From: Dimorphilus gyrociliatus
Lineage: Eukaryota; Animalia; Annelida
Assembly (NCBI GenBank): GCA_904063045.1
Contig: CAJFCJ010000005.1
Coordinates: forward strand, 1,317,988 to 1,381,987
DNA: 64,000 nucleotides
Direction of reading: 5' to 3'
Shown here: positions 26,200 to 40,335 of the stretch, in pieces
Layout: each line of letters starts with the position of its first letter
Numbering within the stretch: the stretch's first letter is position 1
The notes under the pieces: generated by a model
Databases searched by the model: none
What the model saw: the letters and a program-made list of their open reading frames with translations, nothing else
Told to the model about the DNA's origin: nothing
Made by a program: the position numbers and the translations under genes

Positions 26200-29100
26200 A
26201 TGACAACAATGATGAAACTCGAGCTATTAGATATTCTAGGCCAAAGAGATATTGCATTTATAATGATTTATTTTACACGTAGAGAAAGTACATTTAATAT
26301 AGCAAATCAAATTTTAATCTTTCTTGTTTAATAACAGTTTTCCGGAAATCGTTTGAAGCACCTCAAGGAAATGAACTTAGATCTAAATTTCGCATTACAA
26401 GGGGGAAATATACGATAGATGAACAACACAAACAGAAAGAATCATCTTGCCAACCAACTAGCGAACTTACTAAGGTGAAAAAAAGTAACATGCAGAGAGC
26501 AAAAACGGCACAAGCAAGAATGCAAAGGCCATCTCAGGTGGGAATTTCTTAAACAGCGCCATCTATTATATTTAGCCGGTTACCTGTTTGCACTGAAGGC
26601 AGCCTTTAAAATAAAGTGTATTATATATAAGCTCTAAATTTTGCTGTATAGACGCAAGGATACAACTGTATGGAATACTGTTTTGAAAGTTTCATAGATA
26701 TACCATGATTTACTTTCCCACTTATGTCCAAAATAAACGTTTCACCGCGGTACTTACTATTCAAATTTATTGTTCTAGCTTCCATACAACAGCGAAAGTT
26801 TGAATTTTGTATCCCTTTTAAATAGTTTTTTTTTGTGTTTTGCGATTGGAAAAATATTCTGTTGTAAGTTAGGCAGAAATTTTTTGAACTTATAATAGTA
26901 GAAATATATTATAACCTGAACTTTAATTTTTATCAATTTATTCTGCATCTAGTTAGCTGTTAAGTTTATATATGAAAGCCACAAAAGAGAAAAGACTCTT
27001 GTTTTAATTGTGACAAGACAAATGATATGGGCCTATTGTTAAATAAACTCTGATCTTTAGACTAATATCTCTTTTATAATTGTGTACTCAAGCTAGCTTT
27101 AGTTTTAAATTATTTTGTATTGACTTATGAAATTTTTAAAAAATTCTTTTAGTTAATCAAAAATTTTCTTAATACTCTATTCTGAGTAAATAGGAAAGAA
27201 AGCAACAACTGCAACCAATGAAATTATATACAGTATATATATATATATATACTGTATATATTTAATATGTATTCATTTACTTGGTGCATCTAAATTATTA
27301 ATTCATTTTTATTTAGTTAGGGGAAAAGTTGTTCAATTTTTATTGAATTCAATTATAAAATTCAAATAGAGCCTATAGAGTGAACTATATTATTATTGAG
27401 TTGCTAGTTCTAATTACTTAACAAGATATTTTATGGTTTCAGTAAAATTTTAAGCAAATTATATTCTTTTAGACACTTTAAAATTCAAATATTTCTGAAA
27501 ATCACAAGAATTTAAATAAGGATTTACAAAAAGTATCATTCCTTAAACAATTTTTGGAATTTCATGAATTTAAAACCGTATCAAATTATCTAATCTATTG
27601 GGCCTGTCTAGCTGTCCAATATCACCAACCATCGAGATTGCAAAATAACGGAGAAAGAATGTTAAGAAATCGCAAGTCGGAATGAGGCATTCCTTCCTAA
27701 TGCTATTCAAGCCAATGAATTATTCTGAATAATAAATATTTAAATGCAAATCTAAATAGTACTTTTATCAGTAATGTATTAACATAAAAATTACAAAAAT
27801 TTCTTATTCTAATCGGTAATTTAACATTGAAAATATATAACTGTGGAAAAGAGTATAAATGCTATCCCTATTATTATTATAATAATACTCGGACTGAAAA
27901 ATCTATCTGAAAAAAATAATTGGTAAAGCAGAGTGTGAAAAAATAGAACTTCGATTTTTTTAATACAAAGTTAAATACAAATCCGTTCGTTTGTAAGTGG
28001 GAGAGACATGCTTAAAGCATGAAAAAAATTGGCCTGGACAGCATTTAAAAATTCTTTTAGATAGTGGTGACTTGAATGAGAGTTTTCAACTGTCATTCTT
28101 ATATCGTGAAGCTCAATAAAAGAATGATAAGTCAATGAATGAGATGGCTAAATTGGAACGTTTAGTAATGGAAGAAAATAAATTTTACTTGCCTTCCCTT
28201 CCGGAGGGACGATCAGTTTTGATAGAAATTCGTACACACTCTGAGGTTTGATAAATTTGTAAATATCTCGGCTTCTTCTCATGCTAAAAGTTCTTAATAA
28301 CTTAAGATTTGATTAAGATTAATATTTTATGGTACCAAATTTATCAAAATATGAATTTACAGACTAAGGGCTATACGTGTTATCATGCCAATCATGTAGT
28401 GTTTTAAAACCAACCATGTCAGGCTTGTACAGTATTATAATTATGTAAAACTTATTTTGCCCAAACACTTAATCTCGATATCACAGTTTTTAAAAGGCAA
28501 ATTGTAATTGAAATAATTAATTTTAATGTCTTTTTACGTATGTTATTTTATAACGCCAACTTTCAAGATACCGTTTTAATGCTTACTAAGAGGATTAAAA
28601 GCTGTATTGCAGTTTTAATATTCATTCTGTATGTTGTATTTGTGTTAGATTAATTATCTTGAAGTTCAAAATTGAATTCATTTAACAAACAGATATAAAT
28701 TGATCTTCTTTCAAAATTTCATTATTAGATTCTTCCAAACAATGAAATAAGTGTAAAGAATACAACTGTTTCAAAAAATTCACAACCAGTCATGCTCAGA
28801 CAATAATTGAGGGAGAAATCATTAGCGAATAATTAATTAACAGCAGAATATTGTCTTTCTTATATTTAAGTTGAATTTTATATAATTCATACATATATGA
28901 AATGTAATAGCAAATAGTCCCACATCAATATCATTATTTTGCAGAACATTCCACTCAACAATATCAAATAAGAGTTTATAACTAGCGAAGGGCAAGCAAA
29001 TCAGTAGAAGCTATAGTAAAAAGACAATATATTTTTTATTATTCGTAAAGGTTTATTATAAGTACTGTAAATTATAAGTAGGTAAATTTTCTGTTTTGTT

Positions 29101-32100
29101 TTAATAGCTTTAAATGCTTATAAATGCTATTACTGAAATTTTAAACCGATTTGATAAGTTATCAAAAGGATTATCGCCTGTTCTTTTTAAACTCTTATAT
29201 GATCAATGACTCGTGACAGGTAATACAGGGTATAATGTGTTGGAAAAAATGAGATAACAATCAACCGGAAATACAAAACAAAGCAATTAGCTCCCACTCT
29301 TTTCAGTAAATGACACTTGTTTTGCGTTTGAAACTAAAAATAGCCGATTAATCAAGAAGAATGTTTGTATTTACTAAACAAAATTTAATTTTTTTTTCAG
29401 AAAACAATTCTTAATTATATAATTTATCTTCTTGAACGTTTAGACCATTAGCATGACGACTTAAACAAAAAAATTAAAATTTATAGAATTTGCTATCGAT
29501 TGGGAAAACACTTGCTTAATTGATACTTATAAATTAAAAACATAAACGTTTTAAATTCAGCCCAAAAGTTAACCCAAAACATATATATATATATATATAT
29601 TAATATATATATTACGTTATTAGAATAATTCTCCCTCGTACAAAATATAAACAAGGAAAATTAAATAAAGGTAAGCCTATCTGTCAGTTATTTGATCGAT
29701 CAGGCTAACAGGAGAGTCAATCTGAAATGCATACGAAATTCAAGACTTTTCTCAGTTCTATCGAAATGTCATTTTGAGAATTTTAAAATTAAACTATTGA
29801 AAGAGCTTGAAATTCTATGAATGTTTTCGTCTTTTCTTAACTATACAATCAATCAGAATTACATTAACTACTGATATTTCCGAAAAATTGTCAGAGTATA
29901 TTCTAATTGCAGTCATCGACTTATTCATTGAATTATTAAGCAATTAATTGAGTAGTTAAAAAGTAAAGATTAAATATTCTTATCTTGAAAGCTACCTACT
30001 GTAGACGTTAACCCTAGTAAAAATAACATTACTTATTATCACAATGTAAAAATGTGCACATAAAAGCTTTCGATATTGATCAAGTAAACAAAAAAAAACC
30101 GCCTCAAAAATGCATATTTCTATAGCCTATGTATTGAACGATTAATTGAAATAACAGGCCTATTTATTGAACCAAATTATCGAATGACCAATCAAAAAGG
30201 CGGACTTATCAACGATCTGTCACTCGGTTAGCTGCAACAGAGACGCTCGCAAGATTATTACGTAATTTTTGGCTTTTATCATTATGACTGTATTTCAAAT
30301 GGTTAGTTGGAATGCTTTTACCTTAGATTGTAGTTGTTTTTATTTTATAGAATTAAAATTTTATCAGAATTGAGCTATGTAGGACTTAGTGTCCTTTTGC
30401 ATTATATTTCTTGGCGAATAAAGGCATTCTTAACGCAAATACAGACTAAGCTATATGTTAAAGATACTAGGCTGATGATAAATTTGTTTTTAAATTTCTA
30501 ATCAATTTATTTCGAGATAACTATAACAAGCATTTTAAATTTATTTACTTCTCTTTTTTTGAGATGTTGTTATATTGTAAATGCACCAAATTCGCGGTTT
30601 ACACAAAAGAAATCGTTTATAATGTAAAAACTCTGACCTTGTACACGAGTTGGACTGTTATTGACCAACCTATTATAAGAGCTTATATCTTGTCTTGACT
30701 TATTTGGTTTTTAGCATATATCATAAGTAAGACTACTTGCATTGAAATTGCATTGAAAGCGTTATAATTCTGTATACCTGGCTGAAATGGGGCATTAAGC
30801 ATTGACTATTATGCAAATTATTCACTCATCTATCACGTGCTGGATTTATGTAGACTGTTAATCCCCTAACAAAGCCAGAACGCAGATTAGTCATATTGTA
30901 AATTATGAAGACTGCAACCGTCTTAGGTATTTCGATTTTGAAATGTAGTGAAAAGTTTAACTAAATCAAACAAAGAATTATTCCTTCTCTGCATGATTTA
31001 ACTACTTTAGACAAGAGGATACATTTTATTATGCCAGGATTAGCAAAAATACCCTTTATCTTGTAAGATAGCAGCTTATAGAATAACTAAATTATCGTGA
31101 ATATTATTCTTATCAAATTTATATGAGTTTTTAATCTATAAATTGTTCTATATTTTTTACCTTCGAAGTCTTTTATATATATTTTACGACCTAAAAGTTC
31201 TTACTGATTGAGCACGTATGATTATTATTCGCTTGTTAAGTGATAGCGAAATAAGCTATAGCAACGCTAGATGATTGGTTATTTCAAGCTCTTATCGAAC
31301 GTTTCTAAACGGCACAACAAAACACTACAGTGCGCTTTCGGCAAGAAAACAAAGGGAAATTGTTTCAATCAATAAGTCATCGTGTGGAAATGGACAAACT
31401 TTGAATGTCAGATGAACGCTTAACATGAATATTAAAATGGTTAAAAAAAGAAACCAGGCAGAAATTGTTTCTAGGATGGCTCAGGGTTTGCCAGCATTTA
31501 GGCAACTCAGAGTGAGGTCCAGTCCTGCTTACCTTAGATTCAGAGAGGTATGGATATTATTTCAAATGGCCATCATTGAGAAATAAATTTGCACATAAGA
31601 AAACGAAGGACTGTAGGGAAATGAATTTCATGATGCAGGTCAATCACGGAAATATGTAATTAAGCAAAGTCGAATTGATTTTTTACCCTCAGAAAAACAA
31701 ACGCCTATTTCACCGGTGCGAAAATTCATCATAATAGATGTATAAGGGAGAATTACTGTAATAATTGAACAGCGTCAATCGATTGCCGACGACATGAAAG
31801 CACCTTTCATAGGAAGGTAAATCTTTCCCCGCATGCAAAGGCAATGCTTTGAAAGGGTCAATGACTTTGTTAAATCGCATGAAGGTTTCTTCAATATTAA
31901 ATTTATATTAAAAATTTTCTTTATGATGAGATGCGGACCACGCATATTTCTGATATAAATCATGTTCAAACCAATCTAAATGAGTAATTGATTAGTCTTA
32001 ATTACTATTTTTCTCACCTCCCGTTAGATGAGCGGAATATACAAATCATATGGTGTACATGAACTTGTGTTCTTATTTAAAAACTAATTTTAAGTCAGAC

Positions 32101-32954
32101 TTTCTTTTGAGCAATAATATCGCTAAGTAGGAATCAGAGTTTCATAAAATATATTTCTTTAAATATGTTATAAATGGATAATCTAAAATTTTGAAAATTT
32201 TATTCTAACTTTGTACTGCTTCCAGGATATCACAAAAAGACCCACATCGAACAAAAATCCAACTCCTTCTCCACCATATACTCCTCTCACATCTCGAGGT
32301 CAACTACATAGAGAAAAAATCGACTCAAAATTATCCTCTCACTCATCTCACGACGAGTCTTTTCATCGCTTGAATGGCCGGGGAACAACCGTCTCGGACG
32401 AATCAGTAAGTCTTGGGATTGGAAATTGCGGAGAAGCTCTACCCCCTATTAATAACCGTCCTGCATCTGGTTTATCAAGTGGTCAAATAGGAAAATTAGT
32501 TGAATCAAATGGGAGACGTTCATCACTATCCAGGAAACAGTCTCCTAAAAGGATTGTCAGGAGAACACCATCGAACTCGAATCTCGCAAGAATGGAAAGG
32601 CAGAATACAACACTCACTCAAAAAACAAGCAGGAATGTCCAGCTAACTAAATATCCATCAGAACAGTCTTTACATAAAAGCCATGTTGCACGTCGGGCTG
32701 GCGGTACCCAAAATAAACAAAAAGGGCTTAAACACTCTCAGTCACAGCCCGACTTTTTGGTGGAGAAAAACGAAAATTCTCTCCACATTGAATCTGATCA
32801 AAAAAGAAGAATATATGAGTGGCTCGAGGAAGTAAATAAGAAGGGGGAAAGACCACCAACACCTGTTATAGTTCATGAGGATGAGCCTCCCCAAAAAGAT
32901 ACAGCTATTCATATTGTATATCAGGGAGATGACGAAACAGAAAGGACGTTCTAA
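26200..32954 (+). CDS. Uncharacterised Ser/Arg-rich protein with two candidate first-exon sets spliced to a common terminal exon (32226-32954)
   Basis: Exons 26200-26278 and 26338-26537 (59-nt intron, phases match) end in CAG|GTGGGA at phase 0. Alternative exon 31476-31511 (MAQGLPAFRQLR|GTGAGG) is also phase 0. Both join in frame to ttccag|GAT at 32226 in the 247-aa ORF. Confidence 0.55.
26554..26567 (-). promoter_or_regulatory. CTCF-like motif (AATAGATGGCGCTG on minus)
   Basis: CAGCGCCATCTA on plus; the same 12-mer recurs at 54625. Confidence 0.5.
31252..31265. promoter_or_regulatory. RFX X-box-like element (TAAGCTATAGCAAC)
   Basis: 11/14 match to the palindromic X-box GTTGCTATAGCAAC, about 210 bp upstream of the alternative ATG at 31476. 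Confidence 0.4.
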
Positions 32955-33499
32955 AATTTTAGTCATATCCATTTACAAATAGGAAATTTTCCTGCTTCAG
33001 ACTTGAATATTTTCATTTAACGAACACTATTCTATGTACTGTGTACAAGTTTATCTACAGTATATTGATTATATTTGTAAACTGCAGCAATATTTAACAA
33101 ACCCTTTATTAAAAATAAATTAAATTTATTTCCCCTCAACTGAATTTCATCAGTCTATAAAATATTAGGTTTTGTCCAGAGATTTTATCTCTTAACATCA
33201 ATATTTTTAGTACTTTCGTTAATATCTCACATACAAAGTATCGTCCCATTTATTTACGTAAATCTTTTCAAACTTACTTCCTCGAACAATTCGTAACTGT
33301 TAGAGAATGTAAATCTAATGTGAATATCTCATAAATTTAAGTATACTTGGTTAAATAGAAAGGCCTCTAAAAAACAAAGTTCTTCATACGTTTTAAGCAA
33401 ACAACGAAAGTCGATTGAATATCGAAAAATCAATAACAGCTTTGTTTGGGCAAATCGATAGAAATTGTGTAAACGAAATTCAACTGTCTATTTTGCTGA

Positions 33500-34292
33500 A
33501 TGGAGCCTATTACACCAGCCGATTTGCTCATTCACCTGCAAACAGTCAAATTTAAAGACAATAAAAGAGAATTGGTGGAGAGATGTTCTCGAAAAGAGAG
33601 ACCAAAGACTTGTCTAGCTCGATTAGAGCAACAGCACTATTGCAAAATTCTTGGATCTCGACATTGCTACAAGTGTGAAAGATCTTTACAAAGAAAAAAG
33701 AGCGCAGATTTCGCTGCAAACTATCCTTCTACTATGAGGTTAAGTGAAAAAAATTTGGCAACAGCAATACTTGCTGCAAAAAATCTTCCAAAGGAAGCTC
33801 CGGAAAGTATTGAAGACGGGGTAGCGCGAGGGGAGATTTCGCCTGCTACTTTTCCGGTTAGTGTTTCTAAATATTTGTGCTTTAGTCTCTTTTAAACGTT
33901 TCCCTATAATCTAGATTGCTCACTTGTCGAAACGAAGATCATACTCTGCAAAGCCTATATTGAGCAGCAAAAATGATTCAGTCAAAAACGGGAAGGAGTC
34001 TTATGCGTTTTTTACAAACATTCGGGATCTTAATTGTAAATTGACATCTGGGCTAATTAGTGAAGAGCTATTACCTCAAAGGATAAAAAAAAAAGCTACT
34101 CTGTACAAGAATCCTTTTCCAAGTTTTATCAGCTGCAGAAAAACAGCCTCAGAAGAATCGGAAAAAAAGAATCTATTCTTTGAACCTCCGTTATTACCTA
34201 GGGTGTCTCAAAACGCCGAGCCGTCTTTTTTTGCGGGAAGTGCTGATGAGTATAAATTACCGGAAAGATTGCCGGATAATATTGAATCTTGA
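33500..34292 (+). CDS. Uncharacterised protein, 2 exons
   Basis: ORF 33500 (contains HYCKILGSRHCYKCE) splices at CCG|GTTAGT to ctag|ATTGCT in frame with the 33924 ORF, stop at 34292. Family not recognised. Confidence 0.65.
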
Positions 34293-34298
34293 TTTTTC

Positions 34299-35088
34299 TT
34301 ATGATACGACTTTATTGGGAACAGTTGTAACAATTCGAAGACCGTGCAGTTCTTTGATTTCATACTTGAGTGCCTGAAAGTATAAAAATTAACGATAAAT
34401 TTCGAAATATGAGATATCTAGTAATATCATTTTTGATTTAAAGAATTAGGTAATATCCGCAAAGGAAAACTCCCTGCAGAAGAGTATTGTTTTTTAATTA
34501 ATATTTTAAATGTGTGAATAGCCTTTTCCTAATTGTTTTTTTTTAAATTATTTGCTTGACTATATAAGAATAAAGTCAAACAGTATTTGTCAATACTGCT
34601 TTATGTTGACTTTATATGAAGTTATTGACATTATTTTGTATAAGTGGCCATTCCGATATTTTCAATGCGGGTTATCAACGAGATGTTAATCTAGTATTGT
34701 CAAACTCTTTAAGAAAATAAAAAAGCCTTGAATGGAGGCAAATTTTTGGCTGTTTATTGCTATGGCTAAGTACATAGGATATATTTGAGTATTGAATTGT
34801 ACTAATATATAATGAATTAAGAGTAAGCAATCTATTCATGCTACATACTTCATTAACTAGTCGGTGCTGTGCTATAGTTTTTTTTCCTTCAAAGACTTTG
34901 TCTTCTATAAATATAGCAAACATGCTACCACATCCTCCAGAAATATCTTTAACTTCGATTTCGGAGGCTTCAGGAAATCGATTTCTCAAAATGCGAATCA
35001 TCTTTATCTCTCCTGCAGTTTGTGCATCAAGATTACTTGTAAAATATCGTAGCAAGCGCGTAGTTTTCGGGAAATTTCTTAAAAACAT
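34299..35088 (-). CDS. BOLA3: BolA-like protein 3 (mitochondrial Fe-S biogenesis), 2 exons
   Basis: Exon 1 ...IEVKDISGGCGSMFAIFIEDKVFEGKKTIAQHRLVNE| (donor GTATGT after 34849) and exon 2 ALKYEIKELHGLRIVTTVPNKVVS* (34373-34299). Confidence 0.93.
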
Positions 35089-36337
35089 ATTTCGTCTGCT
35101 ACAACTTATTATCGGTCACTAAATATCGATTTCACTAATATTTATCGTAAAATCGGACAAAGTTATCGCAATATCGAATGGTTCACAAGAGAGTTTATCT
35201 GACAACGAAATGAAGGGGGGGGGGGTAGGTAAAATATTAGACTAAGGGGTGTCTCTTATTTATTGTATATATTTCCATTTCCGGTAGAACTCTAAATGAC
35301 AGTTTAAAAGTGTATTAACATAGATACAACTTACAATTTACAGATATTGATTGTCCAGAAGATTTCCGTATATTGATATACAATGGAGAATATAAGAATG
35401 TTTCGAAACGCCAATTTTGATCCAAATTCTCAAGAAAGAAAGAGCTCTCTTCCGGGATCAGATATTCAAGAATCATTTCTTAAAAACTCCCTTTTTAATT
35501 CGTTACCAAGCAAAGAACATAGGTTTCAAAGAAGGGTGAAAGGATTGAGACACAGACACACTAATGAAAGTAAACTTCATTCATATTTAAATATTCGTGA
35601 AAGTCTTAAAATATTTCTTTAAGATTTTAGATCAAATCTTCCAAGAACAAAAACTATAAAAAGTGAAAGTCACTCTAGTAGAGGGGAAAGGTGTGTATTT
35701 TCCAATTTTTTAAAGAGTCATATTAAATTCTCGTAGTTTAAATATGCATAATCTCTGCTTTCCACGCTGTATTTATTGTTAATGTGATAAGTTTTATCAG
35801 TGCATTTTTACATTTTAGATCTCTCACCACTTTCTTACTAACATGTTAAATGAGGTCATAAATGGTTTCATGAAAAAGCAATGACAATAACAATTATAAA
35901 CTACAAATAACCTAACTATTAATTTCCTTATAGCAATTTACTTTCTATTCAACTGTTCTGTACGAAATATCTCTTTTTGTGAAGTCTTTTGCTTGGTGCT
36001 CAAGTTTAAATTTATTAAAGCAATACAATGTCAATTGTTGATGAATGAACTCTGTTCTGTCGCTTTTAGTTTAGTACCTTATTAAATGTTAAAATAAACG
36101 GATGTTCTATCTTTCTCCTTTGATAATGATAGTAGAACTATACTCAATATACTTATATTTCTTCTTTAGCTTAATATTCTTCCTTCTTTATAACAATAAC
36201 TACGTAATATACTTGATTGCATATCACATTCTTTCATGCATTCTGAAGTTTAAAACGATTAATAGTTTTATAGTTCTTATCTTATCACTACCCGTTTACT
36301 GTCAGAATCCAGTCGATGAATTTCATTTCAATAAAAA

Positions 36338-39300
36338 ATGTCAAATCATCATGATTTCTCCAACCAAATTCCTTTGAGAGTTAGGGGAAACTCGAATATT
36401 TTTCGTGACAAAAACAATGTAGGGTCTTTTCAACAAGAACATTACGAAGAAATTGCCCCTGCTCCTGATTATCTGTTAAACGATTCGTTTGACGACACAG
36501 AAGTATTCTATAGTAACGACAGATCAAATAATGAGTTTCGACCGCATCGAACTAGGCATGAACATTTTTTGCCTCAAGATGAAGAAGAACTGACAAAAGT
36601 TGAGCAAGATAATAGGCAGAAACAACTTACTAAAAAGTATGACAAAGAATTGAATTATCACGAATTTCTGACAGAAAAAGATAATATTGGATATGAACCA
36701 GATGTGGATTATGATGATATTGATCTGAGAAATGATTCTACTGGTAGTAGAAACATTTCGATGCAAATGGAGAGGAGTTTAGATTTAAGAGGAAAGAGTA
36801 CGCTTCGTCCCTCACGGTTGAAAGGTTTAGTTAACAGAAAACCTTTTGTTTTTGCTGATGACTCAGCAAAGGACACAACAAATAATGCTGTAAATAGGGA
36901 TAATTCACATCATGCTAGAAAGATAGCAAGCTTGTACAGGTTTTTTCTTTTCCACATTAAATACGAAATCAGTTAAACCTCGTGAGCAACGTATTGAGTA
37001 TGATTCTTAACTTGAATTCTGCTTGTCAAAAAAAAATAATATATAAATTTATTTTTTTTTCATACTTATTTCAAATTAATGGAATTTAAATCAATCCATA
37101 AACAACAGGCTTACAATGAGATAGCTTTGAATATATTAAAGAATAAGAGGTTTATAGAAACTGGTAAACTTATAGTTTGAAATGCAATTTTTTTCAGACA
37201 AAGGGATCTAAGAAGTTTCACAGTGCCTGAAAATGCAGATCACGCGCAACAAAGGGTAAACTACTATCTACTGTCAAATTAAATTAAATTTATCTTTCAA
37301 TTGTTTATTAAATTATATTGCATTTCTCAGCAAATTCGCCGTTATAGACTACAAGCCACAAACTATATAACAGAGATCAGACGCTTACTCTGGGGAGATA
37401 CTCTCAGAACAATTGAGGGTAGTGTCGCAACGTCTGCGTAACCAATAATTAAAATAAATTATATTTATAGGTCGATTTGGAACGTCAGTTTCATCATACT
37501 TCGAATTTCTTATTTGGTTGTTTCAATTGAATTTTGTCATTTTTATACTGGTTTTCAGTATAATTCTATTACCTCATATCTTTTATAAGCCAAAAAGTTT
37601 TGAGACTTCTGTTATTAACAGCACCAGGATCAATAGTAAGTGATTTATTGTTAAGAAAGGAACCTAAAACTCGTTGTTCAAATACAGATATCTATGTGAA
37701 TGAATCTATAAAATGTAGCAAAAGATATGGAACTTATTTGTCAGATACATTCAGAAATGCAACGGCATTTCAGAAAATCTTGGGTCTCTTTATAGGAACA
37801 GTAAGACCTTGACAATTTCGCTTATAAGCAGTTGTAATATTTTGTCACATCGATAGTTATGGTTAGAGAATACAGAAATGTTTTACGGACGCTACTATAA
37901 CAAAATGGTGATCGAAACTAATAATCTGTATTACAACATGCCTGTTGCATATGTTTTAACAGTAGTTTTTTGCCTTCTTATTAGTTTATTTTTTGTGGTG
38001 AGGCAGTAAGTTGCAAATAATTCCATTTAAGCTTTCTAATAAGGTGGCTTAAATTTTAGAACAGCACATGGTGTGAAAGAAAAAATGCTTCAATCAGGAG
38101 ATAATTATTATACAGCATCAGCAATGATCTTTACGAGCTGGGATTATTCATTGATTCACACAAAGAATGCTCTATTGAAAAAAGATTTAATAAAGAATCA
38201 AATCACAGTTTGTTTTCAAAATCAACGATGATATGCAAGTTGCTATACTTATTAGTTTTCAGGGATATATTTCTGATAGAAGGAGAAAAGTACGTTTTGA
38301 GAAAATGAAATCAAGTGAAAAATTCAAATTAAACTTTAAAAGGTTTATGCTACATTTATTAGTTCTTATACTGATGGCATTATCTTTCACACTGATATAT
38401 TTTATACAATCAGTGTGGGTTCCTAAGGTTCGTTTTTGCATTTTCCTCAATATTCTCTACAATTGACATATCCAAAAGCTTCTGGAAAAAGATTCTATAA
38501 AAAATAACAGTATCCTTAACTTAATTGTTGAATTTCTGCCTTCTATGACAATAACAATTCTAAATTTTTTTGTGCCAATGATATTTCAAAGTTTCGTTTT
38601 TTTTGAAGATTATTCAGAAACATTTCAAATAAAAATTACAATTCTAAGGTAGGATCACCATAGAATACAGATATTTCTTACAATTATCACTTTTAGGAGT
38701 GTCTTCTTACGATTGGCATCTGTGGGTGTGTTAGCTGTGTCTTTGGCTCAACAAGTCAAGTGTGAAAATGAAGGCGATATAACCTGTGGAATATGTAAGA
38801 AATTAAAAAATTCTCAATGCTGGGAAACTTACGTTGGTCAACAATTGTATAAATTAATCATAACTCATTTCTTTGTTGGAATATTTGAGTTCATCCTTTC
38901 TTTTATCCGAAGGTTAGAGATAATTTATTATACTTTACTTTTAAATTGAAACCCATCTTTATTCTAGAGTTATCGTCATGCACCATTGGAAATGTGCAAG
39001 ATCTTCAGGTTAAATATCTTTCTTTTAATTGAAAGGTTTCTAACAAAAAGTTTTCAGATTCAGACCAAGATGAAAATGGGTCGTCTTCAAACAATGGGCA
39101 GTGTTTTCTTACTAGGTCAATAGGTCTTGAAGAGTTTAGAGTTCCTGTACGAGTTCTTGACTTGATTTATCTCCAAACTCTTTGTTGGATTGGATTATTT
39201 TTCAGTCCATTGATAGCAGCTGCAACTGTTTTGGAACTTATATTATTCTATTTTCTATTGAAAGTGATTTTATAAATTTCAAATTAAACAACAATAATTC

Positions 39301-40035
39301 ATTTGTTGACTTAAATACTAGATATCGTTAATGAGAAATTGCGAACCTTCAAAGACTACTTACAGGACCTCTTCAACTAAAGGATTTTTCATGGGTGTCC
39401 TTCTCATATCATTTTTTGGATGTGTGGCAGTAATTGCCTTTGCCCTTGGAAGGTTTGAAATTAAGAAAAAGTTCTGTAACTTTAAATTTGAAAAATAATA
39501 TTATAGAATAAAGCCTTCGCAAACTTGTGGACCATTTAGAATTTATTCATCAAATGATTTCCACTTTTGGACTGTAATACCTAATATGATAAGCACTTGG
39601 CCTAAGGGAGTGAGAAACGTGTTCAATTTAATGGGAAGATCAATTTTTTATATCGGTCTGGGAGTTCTGCTATTGTAATATTAAAATTAAACATTTGATT
39701 CTAATTATCTTACATAAATTTTTTCAGACTATTTATATTCTATCAGAGGGCAATGACAGCAGGTCAGAGGAAAAGGATCAAAGTTTTGAAGTTTCAATTA
39801 GTCACGGTAAGAATAATTTAGAAATAAGGTCTTAGTAACAAATATTCATCAATGATACAGATGATAGTTGTTTAGGTGATTAGACTTATGAATGCTTACA
39901 CAGAAATCATACACTTAAATTGTTTAATTTAAGTTCAGTTAAACATTAACTATGTTTCAGGCTAGCATAGATAAGCAATTTATTTTGAAACAAGTATACT
40001 ATGAGCTGAGAACAGGAACGTTACGAATAGATTGA
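36338..40035 (+). CDS. TMC7: Transmembrane channel-like protein (TMC4-8/TMC7-like)
   Basis: LRTIEG|RFGTSVSSYFEFLIWLFQLN, signature CWETYVGQQLYKL, TMC domain VLDLIYLQTLCWIGLFFSPL and PSQTCGPFR, over many short GT-AG introns. Paralog assignment tentative. Confidence 0.85.
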
Positions 40036-40335
40036 AGATGCTTAAACCAACTCTATTGATCAAACTCTATATATATTTGGACTAATCTGCTGAAAAATTG
40101 GACTTTTTTTGAATAATTTTAAACTGTCATTGTCAAATTTGTAAAATACAAGTCACATTTTCTGATAATGCACACATAATTTGAAGAAAATTCGATATAT
40201 TGTGGAAAGATATGAGGTTGGCGTTAGGCCAAACGGGATTATTAAAAGTGAACTATTTTAACATGAAATAATATTAAAAAGACAATTTTTCAATTCAATG
40301 TAAATTTATTCAATGAATTCCATCAGTACTTGTAC

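Noticed and set aside
35215-35225. G11 tract as a G-quadruplex
   Set aside because: Too short for a stable three-tier intramolecular quadruplex, and homopolymer length is unreliable.
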